A model generated the notes under the pieces. That model was not told the origin of the DNA. It saw only the letters and a program-made list of their open reading frames with translations, and searched no databases. From the human T2T-CHM13v2.0 reference genome, Homo sapiens, in assembly GCF_009914755.1 (NCBI RefSeq), contig NC_060937.1: a DNA stretch of 64,000 nucleotides. The stretch is one strand, 5' to 3'. Positions 1 to 17,429 of this stretch are shown here, in pieces (the stretch's first letter is position 1; every line of letters begins with the position of its first letter). Both the position numbers and the translations under genes were made by a program.

Positions 1-143
1 TTAAATCTACATATCTCTTTGGAAAAAATACTGTGTGCAATCTGGTGCTGTCAAGCAAGCTCACCAGACTGGAAACTGTGGGCTTTAGTGCATGGGTTTC
101 TGGAGGTTGATCGTCTATTTCTATATCTTTCTTGTCTCTCTGA

Positions 144-479
<336 letters not shown>

Positions 480-874
480 TATTTCTTAAAAATCTACAAA
501 TAGAAAAATATAGAAATTGTGAAGTAATGCTCTTCTTAAATTTGGCTCTTATTGAAACTTTTCAGAATAGGTCTTCTTAGCTAAGGGCCACAGATGAGAC
601 TTCATGGGATCTGGATATTGTGTGCAAAGTTGCATTGGATTTGAGTTTATGGGGCTGTATCTATGCATGTTTCTTATAGAGGGTTTACTTATGTTCATTC
701 CAATAAAGAGTGGTGAATGGTCAGGAGAACAATTCTTTTGGGATTTCACCTTTGATATGTGATTTTTTAGGCCAAAAAAATGCTCTCAGTAATCCAAGGC
801 ATGTTTTTAGTATATAAAATATCTCAGAGGAGTCACAGATTCAAAAAGTCTGAAATTTAACTTAACCTTTTTAA

Positions 875-1413
875 TGTATTAGGGTTCTCTAGAGAAACAG
901 AACATACACACACACACACACACATATATATACACATCCCTCAATATATAACACATATATATGTATTAGTATATATAATTTGTTCTGTTAGAATGTATAT
1001 ACACACATATCTCCTTATAATATGCATTATTCTGTTTATATATATACATACACATACACACACGTACACACATATCACTGTTGGTTATTTATTTATTTAT
1101 TATAAGGAATTAGCTCAGGCATATGGAGGTTGCAAGTCCTAAATCCACAGAGTTGACGTCCTAGTTTGCAGGTTGTCAGGCAGGAGAATTCTATCTTATC
1201 TGGGGGAAGATCAGCCTTTTGTTCTATTAATAACTTCACCTTATTGGATGAGGGCCACCCACATTATGAGGGGTGATCCTACTTTACTGGTCTACTGATT
1301 TAAATGTTAATCCCACCCAAAGTGGCCCTCACAGAGACACACCCAGAATAATGTTTGACCAAATACCGGGGTACCCTGTAGTCCAGTCAAGCTGACACAT
1401 AAACTTAACTGTT
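875..1413 (-). mobile_element. MLT2 (ERVL) solo LTR with internal (CA/TA)n microsatellite
   Basis: Starts tgtattagggttctctagagaaacagaac, has a CA/TA tract at ~903-1075, and ends cccagaataatgtttgaccaaata...gtcaagctgacacataaa, matching recalled MLT2 consensus. Confidence 0.85.
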
Positions 1414-2029
1414 ATGTCTACAAACCTGTTATTCAAGGGTAGATCCAAGTTCTTTGAGGCTTACAGCTTATATAATTGTTTGGAGCTCTCTTCATACATT
1501 CATGGAGATCTATATTAATAAATACTTCTATCCTCCCTCATGCAGTTAGCCATTGTAATTTCTGGCTTTTTAAAATTCACACCATGGCTGCAGTATTTCT
1601 TCATTTGAAAAAATTTATTGATTTATTATATGGGAGGCACTCTGATAATGTTTTCAGGGTTCATATTAGGAGCAGAGAATTAAAAAATAGGAACACAGGA
1701 AAAAATTATTACGTCATTGTGTTAAAAGCAACAGGAGAATTTTTTAAGTGGAATGGTGACACATAAGCTCCATGAGATGAGAGTTCTTGTCAACTATTAT
1801 GTTGTCAGATATACCACAGCAACTTTTACTTAGTAAATGCTCATAAACATCTGTTGACTCGATAATAGTAGTGTTAACTATAATATGTATAATTAATCAA
1901 GCAACATCACTGAAGCAATTATTTTAATCTTCACAAAAGTTGCATATTGTAACCTTTCTCTATAAGGAGAAGGGAAAATACATTTTCAAAGTCCAAATCA
2001 CATTTCTCTCATAGTAATCACATTACTAA

Positions 2030-2465
2030 TATCAATTAGGAGGTATTTCATTTAAGGCAACTGCTGTTAAAAAAAAAAATAAACCCTAAATGTGTCATTG
2101 CTCAACCATGATAGAAAAATCACTTCTTGTTTACTTATAAAACTGATACTCCTGATTTGTAACTCTTGCCAAAGCAATAATTCAGGGACCTGATTTTTTT
2201 TCCTCAATGCCTATATCTTCCTTAGCAGTGGCTTCTATAATTACCATGGTTATCTTTATTAGGCTTGTAGCAGCTGAAGAAATATGGAGAATTATGCCTG
2301 GAAATTTTTCATAGGCTAGTCCTATAAGAGTACTTACAAAGTCCTTTAAGATTACTTAAAACTCAGTCACAGCCAAACCTAACAGCCAAGTAGCCCAGGA
2401 AAGGTAATCTAAACCCATGTCTAGGAAGAAGATAAAATGGGTTTGATGATCCCAGTCTCTGCTCC
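2030..2465 (-). mobile_element. Old MaLR LTR (MLT1J/K-like), degraded
   Basis: Recalled motifs aactcagtcacagccaaacctaac and gtctaggaagaaga...aatgggtttg. Boundaries approximate. Confidence 0.5.
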
Positions 2466-3906
2466 AGCAGAGGAAGCCCTCTATTTAAGATTTAGAGATC
2501 AACAAAATGACGTAGGTATATGGGAGGCATAGAGAAGGTTGTAAGTCAGCAGCCTCATTGAAGCCTTTGATCCAGCTGCAATATTCAAGAGTTATTTGTG
2601 AGATTCTTATAGAAATAAAATCTATCAATAGCTAGCTGCCCTCTCCTCTGTCTCTCAATGTAACCACTTAACGGTTTGAAAAATAAAAGATTGTAAATTG
2701 TAAAAAACAAAAATAAAACAGCTTTATGTCATAGATACTGTTATCCTCATTTTACAAATGAGATTAAGACACTAAGATCACACAACTAATATGAAAGTGC
2801 AGTGTCTTTCCAGAACACTTTCTTTTTAAATTAAGTAAAAAAATTCCTGTTTATGTCACTCTTTCATTCAGTTGTACTTGACTGTACACTCTTTGAAAAA
2901 CCCCACCCAAAGAATCACGAAACTGTGCTATCTCAACTCCGTCATTATGGCACCACTAAATCAAGAGAAGCCACCCCAGGCAGACCATGGCAGAGGGCAG
3001 GCCAGTGACATCAGGGGATTCCATGGCCTCTGGCTTCTCTCACACTTGTGTTTGGAAATGTGAGTTCTTAACATTAAAAGGGAAAACAGGCCAGTTGTAA
3101 GCATGCCACTTTACACACGAGCAAACACATAGTGCAGCACACTCAAGCACTTAGCCAGATTTTGAGAAGAGTGTTAGTCATTAAGCCAATAGTGGAAACT
3201 GTGTAGGAGAATTTTCTTTAACTTGCTTCTCTATCAGTCCAGAAAGAGAAAAGAGGAAAATTGCGAGAAAGCAAGATTCTTAAAGACGGCTTGGAAAAAA
3301 TGCTTTTAAAAAGAAACTACAAATAATGACTATGCCTGTGTATTGCTAGGCAGCATTTATTCACTTATGACATTGTTACTGAAATGTAATTCTTACATAA
3401 AGTGATTATCTACTGAGCCAGAGGTCCGTGGGTTTTGATTTCTATCCTGACTATATATCCTATTGAGAGAAGCTGTGATGTTCCTTCCATTTCTGAAAAA
3501 GGCAGACTTTTTTAGGAGAGCAAGGCTTTGCCACATTAGATATGAAATTGAATAGTTATATAAAATAAGAAATGTTAACAAATTAAAAGTTGAAAACATC
3601 CCCAAACACCCCAAAATTTAGAAAATATCAATTTTTAATAACTGCTTTACAGACCTCTAAATACTTTTTCTTATTATTTTTTAGCTGCATAAGTATTGGT
3701 ACCTTTTTAAATAAAGACAATGATTTTGTTATATGTTTTTCAATACAGAACAGAAACATAATTTAGTCTTTTCATTTTTGAAACTGTTATTGGAAATATA
3801 GTGAATTTTGAACATGGTTGACACATTTTGAAAACCACCCTCAAACTTACTCATATGTACATTTTAAGATTTCAGAACCTTTCAAGTTGTTTTATGTATT
3901 GATTAA

Positions 3907-4216
<310 letters not shown>

Positions 4217-4517
4217 ACAGTGATTAATCTCAAATACTCTTTGAATTAGTGATACTTATGAGCTGGCTTTTTGTCAATATCTGTATTTTATTTTATTTTA
4301 TTTTTTATTATTATTATACTTTAAGTTTTAGGGTACATGTGCACAATGTGCAGGTTAGTTATATATGTATACATGTGCCATGCTGGTGTGCTGCACCCAT
4401 TAACTCGTCATTTAGCATTAGGTATATCTCCTAATGCTATCCCTCCCCCCTCCCCCCACCCCACAACAGTCCCCAGAGTGTAATGTTCCCCTTCCTGTGT
4501 CCGTGTGTTCTCATTGT

Positions 4518-8342
<3,825 letters not shown>

Positions 8343-8405
8343 GATGATGTTAGCTGGTTATTTTGCTCGTTAGTTGATGCAGTTTCTTCCTAGTCTCCAT
8401 GGTCT

Positions 8406-9421
8406 TTACATTTTGGCATGATTTTGCAGCGGCTGGTACCGGTTGTTCCTTTCCATGTTTAGTGCTTCCTTCAGGAGCTCTTTTAGGGCAGGCCTGGTGG
8501 TGACAAAATCTCTCAGCATTTGCTTGTCTGTAAAGTATTTTATTTCTCCTTCACTTATGAAGCTTAGTTTGGCTGGATATGAAATTCTGGGTTGAAAATT
8601 CTTTTCTTTAAGAATGTTGAATATTGGCCCCCACTCTCTTCTGGCTTGTGGAGTTTCTGCTGAGAGATCAGCTGTGAGTCTGATTGGCTTCCCTTTGTGG
8701 GTAATCTGACTTCTCTCTCTGGCTGCCCTTAACATTTTTTCCTTCATTTCAACTTTGGTGAATCTGACAATTATGTGTCTTGGAGTTGCTCTTCTCGAGG
8801 AGTATCTTTGTGGCATTCTCTGTATTTCCTGAATAAGAATGTCGGCCTGCCTTGCTAGATTGGGGAAGTTCTCCTGGATAATATCCTGCAGAGTGTTTTC
8901 CAACTTGGTTCCATTCTCCCCGTCACTTTCATGTACACCAATCAGACGTAGATTTGGTCTTTCACATAGTCCCATATTTCTTGGAGGCTTTGCTCATTTC
9001 TTTTTATTCTTTTTTCTCTAAACTTCCCTTCTCGCTTCATTTCATTCATTTCATTTTCCATCACTGATACCCTTTCTTCCAGTTGATCGCATGTGCTCCT
9101 GAGGCTTCTGCATTCTTCACGTAGTTCTCGAGTCTTGGCTTTTAGCTCCATCAGGTCCTTTAAGCACTTCTCTGTATTGGTTATTCTAGTTATACATTCT
9201 TCTAAATTTTTTTCAAAGTTTTCGACTTCTTTGCCTTTGGTTTGAATTTCCTCCTGTAGCTCGGAGTAGTTTGATCGTCTGAAGCCTTCTTCTCTCAACT
9301 CGTCAAAGTCATTCTCCGTCCAGCTTTGTTCCGTTGCTGGTGAGGAACTGCGATCCTTTGGAGGAGGAGAGGTGCTCTGCTTTTTAGAGTTTCCAGTTTT
9401 TCTGCTCTGTTTTTTCCCCAT
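8406..9421 (-). pseudogene. L1 ORF1p, frameshifted
   Basis: 8942-9421 (MGKKQSRKTGNSK..., coiled coil) continues in another frame as 8406-8975 (...RYQPLQNHAKM). 1-nt deletion near 8960. Confidence 0.95.
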
Positions 9422-10004
9422 CTTTGTGGTTTTATGTACTTTTGGTCTTTGATGATGGTGATGTACAGATGGGTTTTTGGTGTGGATGTCCTTTCTGTTT
9501 GTTAATTTGCCTTCTAACAGACAGGACCCTCAGCTGCAGGTCTGTTGGAGTTTGCTAGAGGTCCACTCCAGACCCTGTTTGCCTGGGTATCAGCCGCGGT
9601 GTCTGCAGAACAGCGGATTTTTGTGAACAGCGAATGCTGCTGTCTGATCGTTCCTCTGAAAGTTTTGTCTCAGAGGAGTACCTGGCTGTGTGAGGTGTCA
9701 GTCTGCCCCTACTTGGGGGTGCCTCCCAGTTAGGCTGCTTGGGGGTCAGGGGTCAGGGACCCACTTGAGGAGGCAGTCTGCCCATTCACAGATCTCCAGC
9801 TGCGCACTGGGAGAACCACTGCTCTCTTCAAAGCTGTCAGACAGGGACATTTAAGACTGCAGAGGTTACTGCTGTCTTTTTGTTTGTCTGTGCCCTGCCC
9901 CCAGAGGTGCAGCCTACAGAGGCAGGCAGGCCTCCTTGAGCTGTGGTGGGCTCCACCCAGTTGGAGCTTCCTGGCTGCTTTGTTTACCTAAGCAAGCATG
10001 GGCA

Positions 10005-10325
10005 ATGGCGGGCACCCCTCCCCCAGCCTCGCTGCTGCCTTGCAGTTTGATCTCAGACTGCTGTGCTAGCAATCAGCGAGACTCTGTGGGCATAGGACCC
10101 TCTGAGCCAGGTGCGGGGTATAATCTCCTGGTGCGCCATTTCCTAAGCCCATCGGAGAAGCACAGTATTTGGGTGGGAGTGACCCGATTTTCTAGGTGCC
10201 GTCAGTCACCCCTTTCCTTGACCAGGAAAGGGAACTCCCGAGTGAGGCAATGCCTCGCCCTGCTTGAGCTCACGCATGGTGCAGCTGCACCCACTGTCCT
10301 GCGCCCACTGTCTGGCACTCCCTAG
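10005..10325 (+). CDS. L1 antisense ORF0 homologue (open, 106 aa); expression unknown
   Basis: gcaATGg start at 10005. MAGTPPPASLLPCSLISDCCASNQRDSVG matches the known primate ORF0 N-terminus. Splice donor cag|gtgcgg at 10110/10111. Confidence 0.6.
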   Translation: MAGTPPPASLLPCSLISDCCASNQRDSVGIGPSEPGAGYNLLVRHFLSPSEKHSIWVGVTRFSRCRQSPLSLTRKGNSRVRQCLALLELTHGAAAPTVLRPLSGTP

Positions 10326-11279
10326 TGAGATGAACCCAGTACCTGAGATGGAAATGCAGAAATCACCCATCTTCTGCGTCGCTCACGCTGGGAGCTGTAG
10401 ACTGGAGCTGTTCCTATTCCCAATATCTGTATTTTAATGTTTAATCATGAATTTTATATTATCTTTGTCAATAGCAGTATGTCATGTCAGATCAGCCATA
10501 AATTTAAATCCTTTTCCAATGTATTTATATGAGGCACTCTTTTTCATTAACTTGTTTATTAAAGGCTATTTATTACTTCTATTTGTACTTTATCTTTTCC
10601 TCTTACTAAATTTATGCTTTAGGAATGATCTGTTTTCTGTTAGAATTTTTTTTTCATTTTTAACATCAGAATAATATATATTTGTTTATTTCATTGATAA
10701 ACTTTACCAGTTTTATTTCATATTCCATTATTTTTAATCACAATTTAAAAGAATTAAAGAGCAGGTACAGTTTATATAAATGCTAATCAGGAATCTGTTA
10801 ATCTTCACTTATGGAAATGTTCCCAAATTTTTTCCAAGCTGAAAATACGAGCATCTCCTCAAACTAGCTTCCTTTCACCAGTGTCCCACAGATGCTCACA
10901 TCAATACAATCTGACACAAGGAAAAAAGTCACATAGGAAAAGTTATAGGGGAAAGAACCTGGAAAGTATTCTTACCAAATACACTTAAAATAGCTTATTT
11001 TTGCAGAGATTTAAAAAAGTAATATTTTGCTTGGTGCTTACTTGAGCCTTGGAAGAGAATGAAGAAGTGAAGGGCCCAGAAGCTGAAATTCTGATGGCAT
11101 TACAGTTGATTTGCCTTTGCAGCATTCCTTCACTGATTCCCCATCTTAAAAGACAGCATTATCCCAAGACAGATAGAGCCACCTTAGTGATTACTTTTTC
11201 TGTCTCTGACCAGCTATCAGGTCATGTTAATATATTAGTTATCTGGATTGCTGGATTACCTCCTTACTTGTATCGTTAC

Positions 11280-11772
11280 TATTAAAAAAAATTGCATCAG
11301 ACAAGTTAAACAGTCAAGGAAGATTTTATTCAAGACTATTGCCATAGAGGAGATAGATTGAACTCAGCTAAAACAAAAGGCAGGAAATTTACTAGCACTT
11401 ATAAGAGTTTATATGTAAGAGTGCCAGTCAAAAAGCACTAGAGTATATTAGGAGGAGGTTAGTCAATGTGGTTAGGTCATCTGTGTTTGCTAATAAGTAC
11501 TTATTGAAGTTAAGATTTTACCCTCCCACAGAGACTGGCAGAGAGGGGTAATGATCTCTGAATAATTATATTTCAAAGGGATGGCTCTCAGGTTCTTGAG
11601 AAAGACATTCCTGGCTGTATAAGATTTGTATCTCAAGGATCAGAGAAAGAATTTATAACTGCAAGATTTCCAAAGTAAATGCCCTAAAAATAGAGAGGTC
11701 ACTGGCCTAAAGTCAAGAATAAACTTGTCGAAAGTTAGTCAAGCTGAGAGGAGAGTTAAGGCTCTCTGGTCA
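11280..11772 (-). mobile_element. ERV1 MER4-group solo LTR (MER67-like)
   Basis: Minus strand begins tgaccagagagccttaactctcctcagcttgactaac. Also ttgagaaagacattcctgg and gattttattcaagactattgc blocks. Length ~490 bp. Confidence 0.7.
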
Positions 11773-12529
11773 TTATATCCCTGACCCTACCTGTAAGATA
11801 AAGTCTGTTTTCCTTGGCACCCCATATGGCTATTTTATGATGGAATTCTGCCTACCTCTTTAACACATTGCTTCTCATCATCTTATCAGTTGTGTTGGTT
11901 CAGACACTTTCACTTCCATTTCTTTCTTACTATTCCTCTGCTTACAGTCATCAGTGCTCCTTCTTACAACCTAAGCCAACCCTTTAATGGCTCTTAAAGT
12001 CTTCTACCATTTTCACATCACTTCTGCTTATGTTTCCCTGGCCAAAGCAAATCACAGAATTCTGTTTTGCCTCAAAAGAACAGAATGTGCAATTCTATCA
12101 TGTACTTGCAAGAAGGTAAAATCAGGATATTAGATGAGCAGCATTAAGGACAGTCACAGAAAATCCTCAGTGGTCACCCCTGAACTATGCTAGTGCTGAC
12201 TTAAGAATGGTTATTTTAAGAATGATTTTTTTTATGTGAAGCTAGTATTCAGTTCTTGTGCATCAGAATGACCAAACTAGTTGCAAAATATTGAAATTTA
12301 AAAATATCAATTGCAAAATTGTCAGTGCCTTGACCTACAGAGCTACATCCTCTGTTTGCAGGTCATCATTGCTGTCACCCACACTCCTTACATTTTCCTA
12401 TGATGCTTAATTGCAGCATTTACAGAGTGTCCTTCAGAACCTTCTCCTGGTCCTACCATAGGTCTCCATTTTGATAGGTTGGTGCCCATATTGTAATGTT
12501 TAAATATTTTGAATATTACCCAGCCTCTG

Positions 12530-12697
12530 TTGTAACAAATGTTATTATAATGTCTACATGTCTATTTTTCTCACTAGATTTCGAATTTCTTGAGGGCTTG
12601 GATTATATCTTTCATTTCATTATTTCTGGTGCTTAGTAGAGTGCTTACACATAGGAGTTGCTTAATAAATGATTACTGCATTGAAATAAAAATGAAT
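12530..12697 (+). mobile_element. L2 3' end
   Basis: ctagat...cttgagggc...gcttagtagagtgcttacacataggagttgcttaataaat matches the L2 terminus. Confidence 0.7.
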
Positions 12698-14201
12698 ATC
12701 CACCCGATACATCTCTTCATTGAGGAACAAACAGAACAGGTTTAATAAGAACATGAGACTCTACGGATCAGAACACATTTGCCAACATTGAGGGATGTTA
12801 ACATTTGAAGTAACTGAAGGATATCTTGGAATCTCCACTTTTGTGAGTCTCTATAAGAAGGTGAAACAGTTATTTCTCTGGGATGGTTATACTGTGGTTT
12901 CACTTTATGTCCAGGAAATTGCCTATTATGGATCCTGGAGATTTCTTCCAGGCCTATAGAGAAATATAAAAACAATTTTGTAGCATTAGGATAATTCTGA
13001 TTTGTTTTAAATGCATATTGTGATGCAATTGGGAGCCTAGAAATAAAAATAGATTCTTTATAATCCATCCTGAATTGCTATAGTGGTGAAGAACAAAACC
13101 AGAAAATGGTATTAAATCATGTTGGGATTACTTACAAGGATTGAAGAGCTCTAAAGCCCTTATGGGTTTATTGATGAAAGACAGTATGCTTTCTCACACA
13201 AAAGTGAAAACTTTAGAGAAACCAGAGGATTTGAGGCTTTACCTGAAGTAGTCATGGACATAAATGTTCTTTTTCTTTCAGTCCATTTGAACTAAGTGAG
13301 AAAGAAAGAAATACATGTTAATGCTTTTCACATCCTCTCAGAGTTTCAGCGGCTCTAACTTCTTCAGGGAGCTCCAGGAAACAAGGAAACTCCCTATCCT
13401 ATCATTGCTACTTTGGCAGCAGTTGAGGGAGAACAATTTATCTTAAATATAGTCTAGTGGCGGTGGGGGGAGGAACCTCGTACTGGTATGAGTACAGCAA
13501 TTCCGTCAGGAATTGGGGCTATTATTTGAGAAATACCACAAGGAAGAGAAACATATAACAGTATTCATTATTCAGAATCTGAGGGCCTTTCAGGTTTATT
13601 ATGAGACCATCCTGAGCAGAGGCTGTGCTGTGGACCTACACATCTGCTGATGGATGATCATACAAGCAGATCCTGCAGACCACCCCAAGATGAGCAGATA
13701 TTAAGTTCAAGGACTAAAGCTTGTTTGGGAAATTTTCAGGGTGGAGCTTGGATTTGGGGGTTGGAAAGACAAGTGTCAGTGTTGAGAGAGAGGAAAAGAA
13801 GATTAAGCTCAAGGAATTTCTGGTGAGTTCTACCTAAATATTTACTTCCAGGTTTACCTTGTACTGTTCATCCTCCTTATAGTACCCTTGCTTTAGGCTC
13901 CCCAAAATAATCCTATGTGGCATCAGTTACAAGAATTCCTCTGGAATTTGATTTCCTTTTGACGCTTTCTCACTATTATTGCCTGTCCACATCTGTACTC
14001 TTGGGTGAGAAAATGCATTGGTAATTTCTGTCTCCCTTTCCTTAAAATATAAGTATTTAAATAAAAACCAAAAAAATGGACATCTATTGAATAACAAATG
14101 TAAAAGGCCATTTTTACCTAGTATCTCAACCACCTCTAAAGAATGAATTTAATATTTAATCTTTGTCTTCTTTCTCTCCCTCTGACTTCTGCTTGTCTCA
14201 G

Positions 14202-14389
14202 GCTGTTCAGAATGGGGCCTGGTTTGGGCTGGGTTCTGAGGCTAAGGCAGTTGTTAGACTGGGCTGAGCATGATATCAGGTTATGGGGTGGATATGATAC
14301 AAGTGGGAGTTGAAGCAGAGATGAAAGATCAACAGAAACCAAACCGAACAGACCTCAGCCATCAAGCTGCCTGAATGTACAGTTTTAAG
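14202..14389 (+). other. Candidate 188-nt non-coding or UTR exon
   Basis: Long polypyrimidine tract with ctgac branch-like motif, then cag| at 14201. Consensus donor aag|gtaagt at 14389/14390. Stops in all three frames. Confidence 0.4.
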
Positions 14390-16159
14390 GTAAGTACTAT
14401 TGATAGTTCTGAAAGAAGCTAAATGTTCCTACACTGATTTGAACTAAGTGAGTCTGCTTTTTTTGTTCTGCCTGCCAGGCTTGGAATATGTGGCTCAAGT
14501 GATTTATAAAATAGAACTAACTTGGTTTAAAAATGCTGTGCTTGTTACATGTAGTTTGATTTTCTGATATCAGGGTGTCCAGGGTCAAGGCAGACAGCTG
14601 TGCAGGATGCTCACCGCCCACTCCAAGGGTTGCTGTTTGCAGTGACTGCAATGGGAACAGTATCCCTTGGGGTTACACACTTCAGATGCCCAGGTTATTA
14701 CTTCCCTATGTAGGGTCCCTTGCTAGTCATGTCTATGAACTATAGGTATGGCAGATTGTAACTAGGCCTACCTAAACAATGGCTTACTCTGAATATTTAC
14801 CAAAATTTGCATTTTTTGTATAGAACACCACCTTAAAATGTCTATGTTAATTTTACTGACATCCCTGCCACTTTGGATTTCTTTGAGGAGGGGCTGGGGT
14901 AAGGCTGAATTAAATACTACCCCACAGTGCACTGTAGCATGTCTTTTTGCTTATCTTTTTCCAATTCCTTTTCCCAAGAGTAAGACGAAAATCCTTCTTT
15001 AAGTGTAATCTTTTTGAAAAGAGAAGTACCTTGTCAGGAATTGATAGTAATCTTTCAGTAAGTTTAGGCAAAATACACAGAACCCCATCTAGCTTTTAAT
15101 TTAAAAGTATATTTGGTTTTTGGAAATGCAAAGATTGGTCATGTTATGATAATGACATTTACTAAGCTCTTATGATTCACTACTAAAACAAAGAATTATG
15201 AGTGGTTAACCTCTTAGTAGGATTATTGTATAAATAAAACTTTCAAACTGAAACAATACAAAGTTTGTGTTCTTGTCTTTTCATTGTGGGATATCTAAGC
15301 CTTTTATATTAACAATTAACAATATCATATCAACATTATGATTAATCTAAATTCCGATGTGAGCTAATGTCCTTCCCTACAAACCAGAGTGCTTTGGGAC
15401 CAACTGTTATTGTTATCTTGCTATTTCTGACAAATACTTTTGAATAATTCCCTGTGGCACCATGGAAATATGCAACTCTGATCGCTTTATTCAGGATTAT
15501 TCACACTTCTGTGATGCATTTCCTTTATGTTACAGATAGAAGAGCAAAAAACAAATATCTTTGGGGACTAAGATGAGTTATTGACCTCATTTGGTCAGCC
15601 TCAGGGGATCTCATTTGGTTTCCAATGTGCTATACCATTATGTCCAGATATATGAGGTATACAAAGAGTAAAAAACATGCTTTAACTGTCTCATAATCTC
15701 ACTTTCTAGTACTGTATTCTTCTTGCTAGGCTTGGCACAGTAGCAGGTGCTGCAGCCAACACAGTCAGGTCTCTATACTCAGAGGCCTTTGACGGGCTGG
15801 GGAATGTTCTCTCTGGTTGATGTTACACAGATCATTTTAGGTCTCCTCTGATTGGGGTGGGGTAAGAATGAGCACTAGTACTTTCTACTTATTTCTACCT
15901 ATGTTCTGCATGTGTTTCCCTATGGGTTAGGTAACTGGATTGTCCCCCAACTTTAAGAACACACATGGCCTGTGAATTATTGAAATTCAGACAAGCTTTT
16001 GTTCTTTCCAGTTTGGGAACTTGTCCTATGTGTATACTATTTAAGAACAGGGAAAAACATTTTTAGAAGGCAAACATGAATTTTTATATATCAGCCCTGA
16101 CTCTTTCTTTCTCTGCAACTTCTGTTGATGCTTATCCTCTCTTGACTCTATCAGTAGGT

Positions 16160-16410
16160 ATGTATGGGGCAGTGATTAAGGCTGTGGAGTTTTGCATTCA
16201 AGTAGACATGAGTTCCAACACGTCCCTCCACTTAGCAACTTCATGACCTTGGATAATGTACTTAACTGAGGAAGTCTAAGTTTTCTAATGTGTACAACTG
16301 AGAGTTATGAGTGCATATTTAATAAAGTAAACTTGACAATTATGATATAAATATAATGATTAACCTAAGCCCCCATATTATATAAGCACTCATTAAATGG
16401 TAATTCTTAC
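16160..16410 (+). mobile_element. MIR
   Basis: gtgattaag...gagttccaa...cacttagcaacttcatgaccttggataatgtacttaac core. Confidence 0.65.
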
Positions 16411-16944
16411 TGTTGTCTTCCAAAGCCTGAGCAAAGGGAAATGTGAGTCAAACTTTGCCTTTGAGGGTAGAAATTCCATACCTAGTCGATATATTCCCAT
16501 TATCTTTCCTTCTCAAGGATTAAGGTCAACTTCGTTGGCTTTCTTCCATTTCCTTTTCTCATTTTCTTTATTTTGATGATTCCCATTGGCTTTGCCCTGT
16601 GACCTGACCCATTGTATCAACTGGGTCCTTTTGCAGCAAACAACAGGATCTGGGCTAGTGGATAGGATGAGGCAAGGCAGGCACTTACTTAGGCACAGGA
16701 GTCCCCCAAAACGCAGCAATCAAGAGAAACAAGTTTTTAATGTCTTGTGCTAATAAGTTAAAAACTAAGGCAAAAAAGATAGGTGATGAACAAAATTATC
16801 AAATTTTATTTTAAATAAAGAGACCATCTGACTTTACATTTGTATGATTTAGCATCAATTAACCTCGTCCTAATCCTAGCACTAGCAGACAATTCTTTCC
16901 TCTATTTTAAAAATAAGTCAAACTGTGTAAAAATGATTTTTTAA

Positions 16945-17429
16945 ATTTTTTTTATTATACTAAGTTTTAGGGTACATGTGCACAACATGCAGGTTTGTTA
17001 CATATGTATACATGTGTCATGTTGGTGTGCTGCACCCATTAACTCTTCATTTAACATTAGGTATATCTCCTAATGCTATCCCTCCTCCCTGCCCCCACCC
17101 CACAACAGGCCCCAGTGTGTGATGTTCCCCTTCCTGTGTCCATGTGTTCTCATTGTTCAATTCCTACCTATGAGTGAGAACATGCAGTGTTTGGTTTCTT
17201 GTCCTTGCAATAGTTTGCTGAGAATGATGATTTCCAGCTTCATCCATGTCCCTACAAAGGACATGAACTCATCATTTTTTATGGCTGTATAGTATTCCAC
17301 GGTGTATATGTGCCACATTTTCTTAATCCAGTCTCTCATTGTTGGACATCTGGGTTGGTTCCAAGTCTTCGCTATTGTGAATAGTGCCGCAATAAACATA
17401 CGTGTGCATGTGTCTTTATAGCAGCATGA
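16945..17429 (-). mobile_element. 5'-truncated L1PA (L1PA4/5-like), ~485 bp
   Basis: L1 3'UTR and ORF2 C-terminus (CCYKDTCTRMFIAALFTIAK). Degenerate TSD at 16929-16944 and 17429-17444. Confidence 0.93.

Noticed and set aside
2985-3005. CTCF-like motif ggcagagggcag
   Set aside because: It lacks the 5' CCAC/CCAG part of the consensus, so it is too weak to call.
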